This document shows positions 28,199 to 41,901 of a stretch of 64,000 nucleotides of DNA, piece by piece. The notes under the pieces were generated by a model that saw only the letters and a program-made list of their open reading frames with translations, had not been told where the DNA came from and searched no databases. The stretch comes from Burkholderiales bacterium (GTDB lineage Bacteria > Pseudomonadota > Gammaproteobacteria > Burkholderiales > Burkholderiaceae_C): contig JBBSBZ010000001.1 of assembly GCA_038250795.1 (NCBI GenBank), forward strand, positions 2,842 through 66,841. The letters are read 5' to 3'. A program made the translations under genes and the position numbers. Each line of letters opens with the position of its first letter. Positions within the stretch are counted from its first letter, which is position 1.

Positions 28199-29008
28199 AT
28201 GCGCACGGTCGCCCACCTCTCGGACCTGCACTTCGGTCGTACCGACCCGGCCGTCCTCGAGCCGCTGCTGGCGACGATCGCTGCGATCGCGCCCGACGTG
28301 GTCGTCGTCTCGGGTGATCTCACGCAGCGCGCGAAGGCCGACGAGTTCCGGCAGGCGCGCACGTTTCTCCAGCGCATCACGACCCCGAAGGTGATCGTTC
28401 CCGGCAACCACGACGTGCCGCTCTATCGCGTGTGGGAACGCTTCCTCAGCCCGCTCGGCAAGTTCAAGCGGCACTTCGGCGGCGATCTCACGCCGTCCTT
28501 CGTCGACGAGGAGATCGCCGTGATCGGCATCAACACCGCGCGCTCGCTGACCTTCAAGAGTGGGCGCATCAACGACGAGCAGATGGCCGAGATCCATCGG
28601 CTGCTCGATCCGGTCGAGGAGGCGGTGATGAAGATCGTCGTCACCCACCACCCTTTCGACCTGCCGGACGATCCGGGCGACGTCAAGCTCGTTGGCCGCG
28701 CACACGAGGCGATGGAGGTGTTTGCCCGCTGCGGCGTCGACATCCTCCTGGCCGGGCATTTCCACACCAGCCAGGCCGGCGACACCTCGGCGCGGCACGA
28801 CCTCTCGGGCTACGCGGCGCTCGTCGTCCAGGCCGGCACCGCGACGTCGACCCGCGGGCGCGGCGAGGAGAACTCCTTCAACGTGCTGCGCGTGACGAGC
28901 GACGAGGCGAGCGTCGAGCGCCGCACCTGGGAGCCGGCGACATCGACCTTCGAGGTCGCGGGCATCGAGCGCTTCCTGCGCGACGGCCGGCGCTGGATCG
29001 GGCGTTGA
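28199..29008 (+). CDS. Calcineurin-like metallophosphoesterase (CpdA-like)
   Basis: DLHFG, SGDLTQ, PGNHD, THHP and GHFH motifs. Confidence 0.9.
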   Translation: MRTVAHLSDLHFGRTDPAVLEPLLATIAAIAPDVVVVSGDLTQRAKADEFRQARTFLQRITTPKVIVPGNHDVPLYRVWERFLSPLGKFKRHFGGDLTPSFVDEEIAVIGINTARSLTFKSGRINDEQMAEIHRLLDPVEEAVMKIVVTHHPFDLPDDPGDVKLVGRAHEAMEVFARCGVDILLAGHFHTSQAGDTSARHDLSGYAALVVQAGTATSTRGRGEENSFNVLRVTSDEASVERRTWEPATSTFEVAGIERFLRDGRRWIGR

Positions 29009-29040
29009 GCCGGGCAGCGGCCGCGACGGCAGACGGCGGC

Positions 29041-30765
29041 TCAGCCGGAGCGTTCCTCGTCCTGCAGGAGCCGCCACATGACCTTGCCGGAGCCGGACTT
29101 CGGCAGTGCGTCGACGAACTGGATGAGCTTGGGCACCTTGTAGGCTGCCATGTTCTCGCGCGACCAGCCGATGATGTCCTCGGCGGTCGTCCGCCCCCGG
29201 GCCTCGGCGCGCAGGACGACGACCGCCTTGACCGTCTCGCCCCGGTAGGCGTCGCGGGCGGCGATGATGCAGGCCTCCTGCACCGCCGGATGCTTGTAGA
29301 GCAGCATCTCGACCTCGGCCGGCCAGACCTTGAAGCCGCTCGCGTTGATCATCCGCTTGAGCCGATCAGTGAGGAAGAAGTAGCCTTCCTCATCCATCCG
29401 GCCGAGATCGCCTGTGCGAAAGAATCGGCGCCCGTCGAACTCGACGAAGGCAGCCTCGGTCGCCTCGGGGTGCTTCCAGTAGCCGGCGAAGACCATCGGC
29501 CCGCGGGTGATGATTTCGCCCACCTCGCCGACCGGCAGCTCCTCGAGCGTGAGCGGATCGACCACGCGCGAATCGACCGAGTAGATCGGGATGCCGAGGC
29601 ACTGCAGCTTGGCGCGCTCGGGCGGGTTGGCGTGGCTCGGGGCGGCCGTCTCGGTCAGGCCGTAGCCCTCGGCGAAGGTGAGGCCGAACTCGTCGAGCAG
29701 TCGCTGCGCGACGGCATGCGGCATCGCCGCGCCGCCGCCGCTGATGCTGCGCAGGCTCGACAGGTCGAAGCTCTTGTAGTTGGGGCTCGCGAAGAGATCG
29801 ATCACCATCGTCGGGATGCAGACCCAGTGCGTGATCCCGCGGTTCGAGATCAGCCGACCGGCGAGCTCGCGATCCCAGCGCGGCATGATCACGACCGTGC
29901 TGCCGGAGTAGACCGAGCCGAGCACGCTGTAGAGCATGCCGGTGATGTGGAACATCGGCACGACGCCGAGCGACACCGGCTCGGCGCCCGCGGCGTAGCC
30001 CCACTGCCCGCCGACGGTGTTCGACAACAGCGTGCGATGGGTATGCATGCAGCCCTTGGGCAGCCCGGTCGTTCCCGAGGTGTAAGGCAGGAGCGCGAGG
30101 TCGTCGACCTTGGCGGTGTGCGGACCCGGCGCCAGCTGCTCGGCGATCGCATCGCTCCAGGACGTGCTGCCCGCAGGCAGCGGCGGATCGGCGCGCAGCC
30201 AGGCCTCCATCGCCGGCGGCGGCGCGTCGGCCTCGCCGATCGCGCCGGGCGGCATCGCGTCGCTGTAGCGCGTGACGACGATCGCGCGGAGCCGCTCGGC
30301 TTCAGGCAGGGCTGCATTCGCCCTGGCGACGATCTCGGCGAGGTCGGCGCTGCAGATCACGACCTTGGTCCCCGGGTCGACGATGTAGTGCTTGAACTCC
30401 TCTTCGCGGTTCATCGGGTTGACCGGCACGACCACCGCGTCGGCGCGAAGGACAGCGTAGAGCGCGGTCGGGAACTGCGGGCAGTTCTGCATGAAGACGG
30501 CGACCCGGTCGCCCTTCTCGACGCCGGCGCGCTGGAGCCAGCCGGCCAGCGCGATCGCGTCGTCGCGCAGCTGCCGGTAGCCGAGGGCGCGGCCGAAAAA
30601 GAGGTAGGCGGCCCGGTCGGGGAAGCGCGTCGCCGCGACCTCGAGGTTGAACCAGAGGGAGGTCTGGGGAATGACGAGGGCGCGCGGCAGGCGCTTGGGC
30701 CAGACCTCGAGGTGCGGTCGATCCGCGGGCACTTCGAAATTTTCCGTTGCCAAGATTCGCTCCAT
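29041..30765 (-). CDS. Long-chain-fatty-acid--CoA ligase
   Basis: YTSGTTGLPKG, EGYGLTE, FRTGDLG and LPKSGSGK; start placed at MERILA. Confidence 0.9.
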   Translation of the reverse strand: MERILATENFEVPADRPHLEVWPKRLPRALVIPQTSLWFNLEVAATRFPDRAAYLFFGRALGYRQLRDDAIALAGWLQRAGVEKGDRVAVFMQNCPQFPTALYAVLRADAVVVPVNPMNREEEFKHYIVDPGTKVVICSADLAEIVARANAALPEAERLRAIVVTRYSDAMPPGAIGEADAPPPAMEAWLRADPPLPAGSTSWSDAIAEQLAPGPHTAKVDDLALLPYTSGTTGLPKGCMHTHRTLLSNTVGGQWGYAAGAEPVSLGVVPMFHITGMLYSVLGSVYSGSTVVIMPRWDRELAGRLISNRGITHWVCIPTMVIDLFASPNYKSFDLSSLRSISGGGAAMPHAVAQRLLDEFGLTFAEGYGLTETAAPSHANPPERAKLQCLGIPIYSVDSRVVDPLTLEELPVGEVGEIITRGPMVFAGYWKHPEATEAAFVEFDGRRFFRTGDLGRMDEEGYFFLTDRLKRMINASGFKVWPAEVEMLLYKHPAVQEACIIAARDAYRGETVKAVVVLRAEARGRTTAEDIIGWSRENMAAYKVPKLIQFVDALPKSGSGKVMWRLLQDEERSG

Positions 30766-30971
30766 CGGGGCTGCAAAGACTGAAGCTCGGGTATAGCCGA
30801 GCCGACCGTCGCCGCCCACGGCACCTTCCCGGGTGGCACGGTGGCGCCGCGCCGCAAGCAGGAAGATCGCCGGGCTCGTCAAGCCCTGTCGGCGTTTGGC
30901 GGCCGAGGGAGCGCCTCGCGACTTTCGGTCGGAGGCCCGACTCCGTGGCCGGTGATCCGCGTGTCGGCCGG

Positions 30972-34718
<3,747 letters not shown>

Positions 34719-34737
34719 CGGGCCAGCCGGGCCGGCG

Positions 34738-35754
34738 TCAGACGACGACCGGCTCGTGCTCCAGACGGATGCCGAACCGGCCGTAGACGCTTTCCTGGAT
34801 CGCTCTTGCCAGCGTCATCACCTCCGAGCCGATCGCCGCACCGCGGTTGACGAGAACGAGCGCCTGTTTCTCGTAGACGCCGGCCTCGCCGACAGATTTC
34901 CCCTTCCAGCCGCAGGCGTCGATCATCCAGGCGGCGGCCAGCTTGACGCTGCCGTCGGGCATCGGGTAATGGACGATCTCCGGGTCGCGGCCGATGATGT
35001 CGCGGCACTGCTCGGGCGTGACGACCGGGTTCTTGAAGAAGCTGCCGGCGTTGCCGATGGCCGCCGGGTCGGGCAGCTTGGCGCGCCGGATGGCGCACAC
35101 CCAGTCGAAGATCTGGCGCGCGTCGGGCGTCTCGATGCCCGTCTCCTGGATCTTCTTCTGCAGCTCGAGGTAACCGAGCACGGGCCGCCAGGGCCGCGGC
35201 AGGCGAAAGCGCACCCGGGTGACGACGCTGCGGCCGGCCAGCGCGTGCTTGAAGATGCTGTCGCGATAGCCGAAGGCGCAGGTGTGCGGCCCGAGCGTGA
35301 TGCTGCGTCCGGTGACGAGGTCGACCGCGTCGAGCGACTCGAAGCGGTCCGACAGCTCGACGCCGTAGGCGCCGATGTTCTGCACCGGCCCGGCGCCGAC
35401 GGTGCCGGGAATCAGCGCCAGGTTCTCGAGGCCCGGCAGCCCTTCGCTCAGCGTGAAGTCGACGAGCTCGTGCCAGCTCTCGCCGGCGCCCGCCTCGACG
35501 ATCCAGGCGTCGCCCCGCGTCTCGACCAGGCGCATGCCCTTGACCTCGACCTTCAGCACGACCTGCGGCATGTCGCGGGTGAGGATGATGTTGCTGCCGC
35601 CGCCGAGGATGAACTTGGGGGCGCGCCCGAGCACCTTGTCGTCGACGACGCCGCGCACGTCGGCGTCGCTCGTGATGTGAACGAGCGTCTTCGCCACCGC
35701 CGGCAGGCCGAAGGTGTTGTAGGGTTTGAGGCTGACCCCCGCATCGATTTGCAT
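34738..35754 (-). CDS. murB: UDP-N-acetylmuramate dehydrogenase
   Basis: [40 protein letters not shown] and QALVLVN. Confidence 0.96.
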   Translation of the reverse strand: MQIDAGVSLKPYNTFGLPAVAKTLVHITSDADVRGVVDDKVLGRAPKFILGGGSNIILTRDMPQVVLKVEVKGMRLVETRGDAWIVEAGAGESWHELVDFTLSEGLPGLENLALIPGTVGAGPVQNIGAYGVELSDRFESLDAVDLVTGRSITLGPHTCAFGYRDSIFKHALAGRSVVTRVRFRLPRPWRPVLGYLELQKKIQETGIETPDARQIFDWVCAIRRAKLPDPAAIGNAGSFFKNPVVTPEQCRDIIGRDPEIVHYPMPDGSVKLAAAWMIDACGWKGKSVGEAGVYEKQALVLVNRGAAIGSEVMTLARAIQESVYGRFGIRLEHEPVVV

Positions 35755-35818
35755 GGGAGAATTTTCGCCGATTGGCGACGTGCGCGGCCAGTGTCCGCAC
35801 GCCGCAGGAGAGATTGAG

Positions 35819-36307
35819 ATGCCCAGCTTCGATACCGTGCTCGACCCCAACCTGGTCGAGGTCAAGAATGCCGTCGACCAGGCCGGCAAGGAAATCGGCA
35901 CGCGCTTCGACTTCAAGGGCTCGTCGTCGCGAATCGAGCTGAAGGACAAGGAAGTCACGCTCTTCGCCGACAACGAGTTCCAGCTCGGCCAGGTGCTCGA
36001 TATCCTGATCGCCAAGCTCACCAAGCGAAACGTCGACGCGCGCTTTCTCGACCGGACCGCCAAGGTCGAGAAGATCAGCGGCGACAAGGTGAAGCAGCTC
36101 GTCGTCATCAAGAGCGGGATCGGGGCCGAGACCGCCAAGAAGCTCCAGAACCTCGTGAAGCAGAGCAAGCTCAAGGTGCAGGCCTCCATCCAGGGCGACA
36201 CGGTGCGCGTCACCGGCGCCAAGCGCGACGATTTGCAGGCCGCGATGGCGCTGATCAGGAAGGATGTCGCCGACCAGCCGCTCTCGTTCGACAACTTCCG
36301 GGACTAG
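35819..36307 (+). CDS. yajQ: YajQ family nucleotide (c-di-GMP)-binding protein
   Basis: [32 protein letters not shown] and FDNFRD. Confidence 0.95.
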   Translation: MPSFDTVLDPNLVEVKNAVDQAGKEIGTRFDFKGSSSRIELKDKEVTLFADNEFQLGQVLDILIAKLTKRNVDARFLDRTAKVEKISGDKVKQLVVIKSGIGAETAKKLQNLVKQSKLKVQASIQGDTVRVTGAKRDDLQAAMALIRKDVADQPLSFDNFRD

Positions 36308-36316
36308 GGCGCGACG

Positions 36317-36958
36317 GTGCGCTCACCGGGGCTCGCTGTCCTCCTCGTCGCGCTGGCCGCGGCGTCGGCGTCCGCGCAATCGGTGTCGATGAGCGGCAGC
36401 CTCGGCCACAACGCCCTGCTCGTCATCGACGGCAAGCCGCGCAACGTCGCCGTCGGCGCGACCGTGGCCGGGGTCAAGCTCGTCAGCCTGGCCGGCGACG
36501 ATGCGGTCGTCGAGATCGCCGGCAAGCGAGCGACGCTTCACCTCGGCGGCGCGCAGGTCAACCTCGGCGGCAAGCAGAGCGAAGGCAGCGGCAAGCAGAT
36601 CGTGCTCACCGCCGACGGCGGTGGCCACTTCTACACGGCGGGCTCGATCAACGGCAAGAGCGTTCGCTTCGTGGTCGACACGGGCGCCACGACGGTCGCC
36701 ATCGGCCAGGACGAGGCGGACCGGCTCGGCCTCGACTACAAGAGCGGGCCGCGCGGCCTGAGCCGAACGGCCAATGGTGTCGTGCCCTTCTATCGCACGA
36801 CGCTCACCTCGGTGCGCATCGGCGATGTCCAGGTGTACAACGTCGAGGCCTCGATCCTGCCGGTCTCGATGGGCCAGGTCCTGCTCGGCAACAGCTTCCT
36901 CACGCGCTTCCAGATGAAGCGCGAGAACGACGTCCTCACGCTCGACATGCGTTATTGA
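36317..36958 (+). CDS. Clan AA retropepsin-like aspartic protease, exported
   Basis: Signal peptide, GGHF, FVVDTGATTVA, TANG and LLGNSFL. Confidence 0.88.
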   Translation: MRSPGLAVLLVALAAASASAQSVSMSGSLGHNALLVIDGKPRNVAVGATVAGVKLVSLAGDDAVVEIAGKRATLHLGGAQVNLGGKQSEGSGKQIVLTADGGGHFYTAGSINGKSVRFVVDTGATTVAIGQDEADRLGLDYKSGPRGLSRTANGVVPFYRTTLTSVRIGDVQVYNVEASILPVSMGQVLLGNSFLTRFQMKRENDVLTLDMRY

Positions 36959-37055
36959 TCGCGACGTCGCCTTGTCGCAATGCAGACAGGGCGAAGCGAA
37001 CGGTCGTGCTAAAACGTCGCGTTCCCCCTCACCGCCTGCACGCCCGGAGACTTCG

Positions 37056-38237
37056 ATGGACCTCGCCTTCACGCCTGAGGAACAGGCCTTTCGCGAAAAG
37101 ATCCGCGCCTGGGTCGCCGCCAATCTGCCGAAGGAGATCAGCGACAAGGTCAGGAACTCGGTCCACCTGAGTCGCGACGAGCTTCAGCGATGGGCCAGGA
37201 TCCTCGGCAAGCAGGGCTGGCACGGCTGGGGCTGGCCAGCGCAGTTCGGCGGCCCGGGCTGGAACGCGATCCAGAAGCATCTCTTCGAGGAGGAGACCGC
37301 TCTCGCCGGCGCGCCGCGGGTGATTCCGTTCGGGCCGGTGATGGTCGCCCCGGTGATCATGGCCTTCGGCACGCCGGAGCAGCAGAAGCGCTTCCTGCCG
37401 GGCATACAGAGCGGCGACGTCTGGTGGAGCCAGGGCTACAGCGAGCCGGGGTCGGGTTCCGATCTCGCGTCGCTCAAGGCCAAGGCAGAACGGCGTGGTG
37501 ACAAGTACATCGTCAACGGCCAGAAGACCTGGACCACGCTCGGCCAGTACGGCGACTGGATCTTCTGCCTCGTGCGAACCAGCAGCGACGGCAAGCCGCA
37601 GACCGGCATCAGCTTTCTCCTGATCGACATGAAGAGCCCCGGCATCACGGTGCGGCCGATCATCACGATGGACGGCGAGCACGAGGTCAACGAGGTCTGG
37701 TTCGACAACGTCGAGGTGCCCGCCGACCAGCTGATCGGCGAGGAGAACAAGGGCTGGACCTACGCCAAGCACCTGCTCGCGCACGAGCGCACCAACATCG
37801 CCGACGTCAACCGCGCCAAGCGCGAGCTCGAGCGGGTGAAGCGGATCGCCGAGTCCGAAGGCGTCTACGACGACGGGCGCTTCCGCGACCAGATCGCCCT
37901 GCTCGAGGTCGACGTCGTCGCCCTCGAGATGATGGTGCTGCGCGTGCTCTCCGCAGAAAAAAGCGGCAAGGCGGCCCTCGACGTCGCCGGCCTCCTGAAG
38001 ATCCGCGGCAGCGAGATCCAGCAGCGCTACACCGAGCTGATGATGCTGGCCGCCGGCCCGGCGACGGTGCCCCTGGTGAAGGAGGCGATGGCCGCCGGCT
38101 GGCAGGGCGACCAGGCCGGAGCGGCCTTCGTCGCGCCTCTCGCCGGCACCTACTTCAACATGCGCAAGACGACGATCTACGGCGGGTCGAACGAAGTGCA
38201 GCGCAACATCGTCGCGCAAACCGTGCTCGGGAGCTGA
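37056..38237 (+). CDS. Acyl-CoA dehydrogenase (PimC-like large subunit)
   Basis: WSQGYSEPGSGSDLASL, NGQKTWTT and IYGGSNEVQRNI. Confidence 0.9.
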   Translation: MDLAFTPEEQAFREKIRAWVAANLPKEISDKVRNSVHLSRDELQRWARILGKQGWHGWGWPAQFGGPGWNAIQKHLFEEETALAGAPRVIPFGPVMVAPVIMAFGTPEQQKRFLPGIQSGDVWWSQGYSEPGSGSDLASLKAKAERRGDKYIVNGQKTWTTLGQYGDWIFCLVRTSSDGKPQTGISFLLIDMKSPGITVRPIITMDGEHEVNEVWFDNVEVPADQLIGEENKGWTYAKHLLAHERTNIADVNRAKRELERVKRIAESEGVYDDGRFRDQIALLEVDVVALEMMVLRVLSAEKSGKAALDVAGLLKIRGSEIQQRYTELMMLAAGPATVPLVKEAMAAGWQGDQAGAAFVAPLAGTYFNMRKTTIYGGSNEVQRNIVAQTVLGS

Positions 38238-38239
38238 CC

Positions 38240-39379
38240 ATGGACTTCGACTTTTCCGATGACCAGGAGATGCTGCGCGACTCGGTGCGCAGGTGGGTCG
38301 AGCGCGGCTACGACTTCGAGCGGCGCAGGAAGATCGTGAAGGCGGGCGGCTTCGCGCGCGACGCCTGGCAGGAGATCGCCGATCTCGGCATCTGCGGCCT
38401 GCAGGTGCCCGAGGCGCAGGGCGGGCTCGGGCTCGGGCCCGTCGAGGCGATGGTCGTTCAGGAGGAGCTCGGTCGCGGCCTCGTCCTCGAGCCCTTCGCG
38501 GCGGTGGCGCTCGTCGCGACGACGCTGCTCAAGGCCGGCCACGAGGCTGCCGCGGCGCCCCGTCTCCAGCACATCGCCGAAGGCAAGGAGATCGCCGTTC
38601 TGGCCCACGAGGAACGCCGCTCGCGCTACCGTCTCGCGCACGTCGAGACGACGGCGCACGGCAGCGGCCACGCCTGGCGCCTGAACGGCACCAAGATCGT
38701 CGTTCCGGCGGGCGGCGCCGCCGGCGCGTTCATCGTCTCGGCGCGCGTGAGCGGCGGCGTCGACGACGGCGCCGGTGTCGGCCTCTTCCTCGTCTCGCCG
38801 GGCCAGCCGGGCGTCGAGGTGCGCGCCTACCCGACCCAGGATGGCGCGAGCGCCGCCGACCTCGTGCTGAAGGACGCCGCCGGCATCGAGCTCGTCGCTC
38901 CGGGCGCGGCCATCGTGGCGCTCGAGCACGCCGCCGACGTCGCCATCGCCGCGCTCTGCGCCGAAGCCGTCGGCGCGATGGACAGGCTTGTCGCGATCAC
39001 GGTGGAGTACATGAACACGCGCAAGCAGTTCGGCGTCGCGATCGCGAGCTTCCAGGCGCTGCGCCACCGCATCGCCGACGTCAAGATGCAGCTCGAGCTG
39101 GCCCGCTCGATGAGCTTCTTCGCGACCCTCAAGCTCGGCGAGGAGCCGGTGGCCCGACGGCGCGCGCTCGCGCAGGCGAAGGTCCAGCTCGGAACGTCGA
39201 TGCGCTTCGTCGGCCAGCAGTGCATCCAGCTGCACGGCGGCATCGGCGTCACCGACGAGTATTCGGCGAGCCACTACTTCAAGCGCCTGACGGTGATCGA
39301 GATGAGCTTCGGCGACACGCTGTTCCAGCTCGGGGAAGTCTCCAGGCGCATGCAGTCGACGGCCGGCGTCTTCGCCTGA
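38240..39379 (+). CDS. Acyl-CoA dehydrogenase (PimD-like small subunit)
   Basis: MDFDFSDDQEML, RKQFG..IASFQAL.HR and QLHGGIGVTDE. Confidence 0.9.
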   Translation: MDFDFSDDQEMLRDSVRRWVERGYDFERRRKIVKAGGFARDAWQEIADLGICGLQVPEAQGGLGLGPVEAMVVQEELGRGLVLEPFAAVALVATTLLKAGHEAAAAPRLQHIAEGKEIAVLAHEERRSRYRLAHVETTAHGSGHAWRLNGTKIVVPAGGAAGAFIVSARVSGGVDDGAGVGLFLVSPGQPGVEVRAYPTQDGASAADLVLKDAAGIELVAPGAAIVALEHAADVAIAALCAEAVGAMDRLVAITVEYMNTRKQFGVAIASFQALRHRIADVKMQLELARSMSFFATLKLGEEPVARRRALAQAKVQLGTSMRFVGQQCIQLHGGIGVTDEYSASHYFKRLTVIEMSFGDTLFQLGEVSRRMQSTAGVFA

Positions 39380-39406
39380 CGGGGTGATGCCCGCCCGCTT
39401 CCTGCG

Positions 39407-40438
39407 ATGAGCCGCGGCCTGACCGCCGTCGCCGGCATCGAGGTCGGCCACTTCACCGATCCGCGCCGCCCGACCGGCTGCACCGTGATCCTGGCGCGCG
39501 CCGGCGCCGTCGCCGGCGTCGACGTGCGCGGTGCGTCGCCCGGCACGCGCGAGACCGACCTGCTCGACCCGGTCAACGCGATCGACTCCGTGCACGCCGT
39601 CGTTCTCGCCGGCGGCAGCGCGTTCGGTCTCGATGCCGCCGGCGGCGTGATGCGCTGGCTGGAGGAACGCGGCATCGGTTTCTCGATCGGCGCGGGCCCG
39701 GAGCCCGGGATGCCGCCGCCGTTCGTCGTGCCGATCGTGCCGGCAGCCATCCTCTTCGATCTCTGGGTGGGCGACCCGCGCATCCGGCCCGACGCCGACG
39801 CGGGCTACGCCGCCTGCGACGCCGCGTCGCGCGATGCTCCCGCCGAAGGCAACGTCGGCGCCGGTGCAGGCGCGACCGTCGGCAAGCTGTTCGGCATCGG
39901 CCGGGCCATGAAAGGCGGCATCGGCACGGCGTCGATCGAGGTCGGCGGCGTGACGGTCGCCGCCCTGGTGGCCGTCAACGCGATCGGCGACGTCGTCGAT
40001 CCGCGCTCGGGCACGGTCGTGGCCGGTGCGCGCAGCGTCGACGGCAAGGCGCTGCTCGGCACGATGGCGAGCCTGAGGCGGGGCGATCTGCCGCCGCGTC
40101 TCGACCTGCGCGCCGCGGCCGGCGCCGCCACCACGCTGGCCGTCGTCGCGACCGATGCCGTGCTCACCAAGGCAGAGGCGACCAAGGTCGCGCAGATGGC
40201 GCACGACGGCCTGGCGCGCAGCATCGATCCGGTCCACACGATGGGTGACGGCGACGTCGTCTTCGCACTGGCCACGGGCGCCAGCGGCGCGCCGGCCGCG
40301 ACGACGCTGGTCGGCGCGCTCGCCGCCGACGTGCTCGCCGATGCCGTCGTGCGCGCCGTGCGCGCGGCGCGCGGCATCGGTGGCGCAGACGTGCCTTACC
40401 TGCCGGCGAGCATCGACCTCGACGCGGCACCGCGTTGA
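39407..40438 (+). CDS. P1/S58 family peptidase (DmpA/L-aminopeptidase-D-esterase-like)
   Basis: GIEVGH, DVRGASPGTRETD, GGSAFGL, EGNVGAG.G and HTMGDGD..F. Confidence 0.85.
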   Translation: MSRGLTAVAGIEVGHFTDPRRPTGCTVILARAGAVAGVDVRGASPGTRETDLLDPVNAIDSVHAVVLAGGSAFGLDAAGGVMRWLEERGIGFSIGAGPEPGMPPPFVVPIVPAAILFDLWVGDPRIRPDADAGYAACDAASRDAPAEGNVGAGAGATVGKLFGIGRAMKGGIGTASIEVGGVTVAALVAVNAIGDVVDPRSGTVVAGARSVDGKALLGTMASLRRGDLPPRLDLRAAAGAATTLAVVATDAVLTKAEATKVAQMAHDGLARSIDPVHTMGDGDVVFALATGASGAPAATTLVGALAADVLADAVVRAVRAARGIGGADVPYLPASIDLDAAPR

Positions 40439-41184
40439 AGCTCGGCCAGCTGCTCTTCAGCCAGGGCTTCGGCACGCGGCGAGAGTGCGGCGCGCTCGTC
40501 GCCCACGGGCTCGTCGAGATCGAAGAAGCCGAGGGGTCCGAGGCACGCGACGGCGTCGACCCGGCCGGGGGCCGCCGCACCGTCGAAGACGTCGATCTCG
40601 AGCTCGGCGATCCGACCGGCCGCTGGTTTCGCGTGCGCGGCGAGCGTTGGCCGTACCACGAGCACGCGCTGATCGCGATGAACAAGCCCGCGGGCTACGA
40701 GTGCTCGCTGAAGCCCCGCCACCACGCGAGCGTCCATTCGCTCCTGCCGGCGCCACTGCGCCAGCGCGGGCTGCAGCCGATCGGCCGGCTCGACGAGGAC
40801 ACGACCGGCGTGCTCCTCTTCACCGACGACGGCGCCCTCGTCCACCGTCTCACCTCGCCCCGGCGTCACGTCGCCAAGGTCTACGAGGTGCGTTGCAGGC
40901 ACCCGGTCGACGCGGCCCAGGTCGAGCGACTGCTCGCCGGCGTTCTCCTGCACGACGACGACCGGACGGTGCGGGCGGCGGCATGCGAGGCGACCGGCGA
41001 GCACGAGCTTCGCCTCACGCTCGTCGAAGGCAAATACCACCAGGTCAAGCGCATGGTGGCTGCCGTCGGCAACCGCGTCGAGGCGCTCCATCGCAGTTCG
41101 TTCGGCGACGTTCGCGTTGATGACCTCGCGCCCGGTGCATGGCGATGGGCCGACGCGCAAGCCGCGGCGAAGGTCGCCGGCTGA
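40435..41184 (+). CDS. rsuA: 16S rRNA pseudouridine(516) synthase
   Basis: S4-like N-terminus, MNKPAGY, GRLDEDTTG and EGKYHQVKRM. TTG start overlaps the upstream stop. Confidence 0.9.
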   Translation: MKLGQLLFSQGFGTRRECGALVAHGLVEIEEAEGSEARDGVDPAGGRRTVEDVDLELGDPTGRWFRVRGERWPYHEHALIAMNKPAGYECSLKPRHHASVHSLLPAPLRQRGLQPIGRLDEDTTGVLLFTDDGALVHRLTSPRRHVAKVYEVRCRHPVDAAQVERLLAGVLLHDDDRTVRAAACEATGEHELRLTLVEGKYHQVKRMVAAVGNRVEALHRSSFGDVRVDDLAPGAWRWADAQAAAKVAG

Positions 41185-41317
41185 ACCCGGCGTGCTTCGG
41201 GCAATTGCATACACGGGCTTGGGGGCCCTTCCTACATGCGCACGGGCCGTGTGCCGGCCGCCGGACGAAAGCGCCGGCTCTACGCTTCGCCCCACTGCAA
41301 CTTTTCAGGAGATCGAG

Positions 41318-41401
41318 ATGGGCAAGTACTTCCTCGGCTGGATCCTCGGTGTTCCGGCGGTCGTCCTGGTCGGCATCTACGTGGTGACGCACCTTCTCTG
41401 A
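41318..41401 (+). CDS. 27-aa single-pass membrane small protein
   Basis: MGKYFLGWILGVPAVVLVGIYVVTHLL; RBS caggag directly upstream. Confidence 0.65.
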   Translation: MGKYFLGWILGVPAVVLVGIYVVTHLL

Positions 41402-41406
41402 ACGAT

Positions 41407-41622
41407 TCAGCGATCGCCGGGCAGCGTGGGGTGGAATCCGCCCACGGGCCCGGCTTCTTCGCTCGTGGGTTCGCGTGCACCTAATGCGCCCCTGGCCTCG
41501 AAGATGACCATCATCTCGGCCTCGCGGCGGCGATCCTGGGAATCGCGCATCTCCGCCCAGCGGCTGTAGAGCCACCAGCCGCTCACCCCCATCAGCAACA
41601 CGAAGAGAACGCCGAACGCCAT
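41407..41622 (-). CDS. 71-aa small protein with an N-terminal TM helix
   Basis: MAFGVLFVLLMGVSGWWLYSRW then a charged helix; RBS aaggag upstream. Confidence 0.6.
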   Translation of the reverse strand: MAFGVLFVLLMGVSGWWLYSRWAEMRDSQDRRREAEMMVIFEARGALGAREPTSEEAGPVGGFHPTLPGDR

Positions 41623-41901
41623 TGCCGTCTCCTTCCCGCGGTGCAGGGGATTTTCGCCAGACGCGCCTTCGATCCGTCGCCGGCCATCGTTCAAAACGAA
41701 CCCTTCGGGCGATACGTCGAGGTCCACTCAGCGATCCGCGGACGTCGTCGGTGACAAACATCTCGGACGTCCTGCGCGAGGAATACAAGAAGGTGGCACC
41801 GGATGGCGGCGAAGGGCCAGCCGCGCGCAGTCCGCAGTCGCCGGACACGCCAGCGCCACCCGCGGCGGCGCCGCCGCATGCCGCGCCGATAATTGGCCGC
41901 C

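Noticed and set aside
40110-40160. AATTL at the presumed autoprocessing site of the P1/DmpA peptidase
   Set aside because: A Thr nucleophile is present and the preceding residue varies in the family as far as I know; no support for inactivation.
41190-41210. Possible sigma54 promoter (GG-N10-GC) upstream of the 27-aa ORF
   Set aside because: Lacks the TGGCAC and TTGC context; such matches are frequent by chance at this GC.
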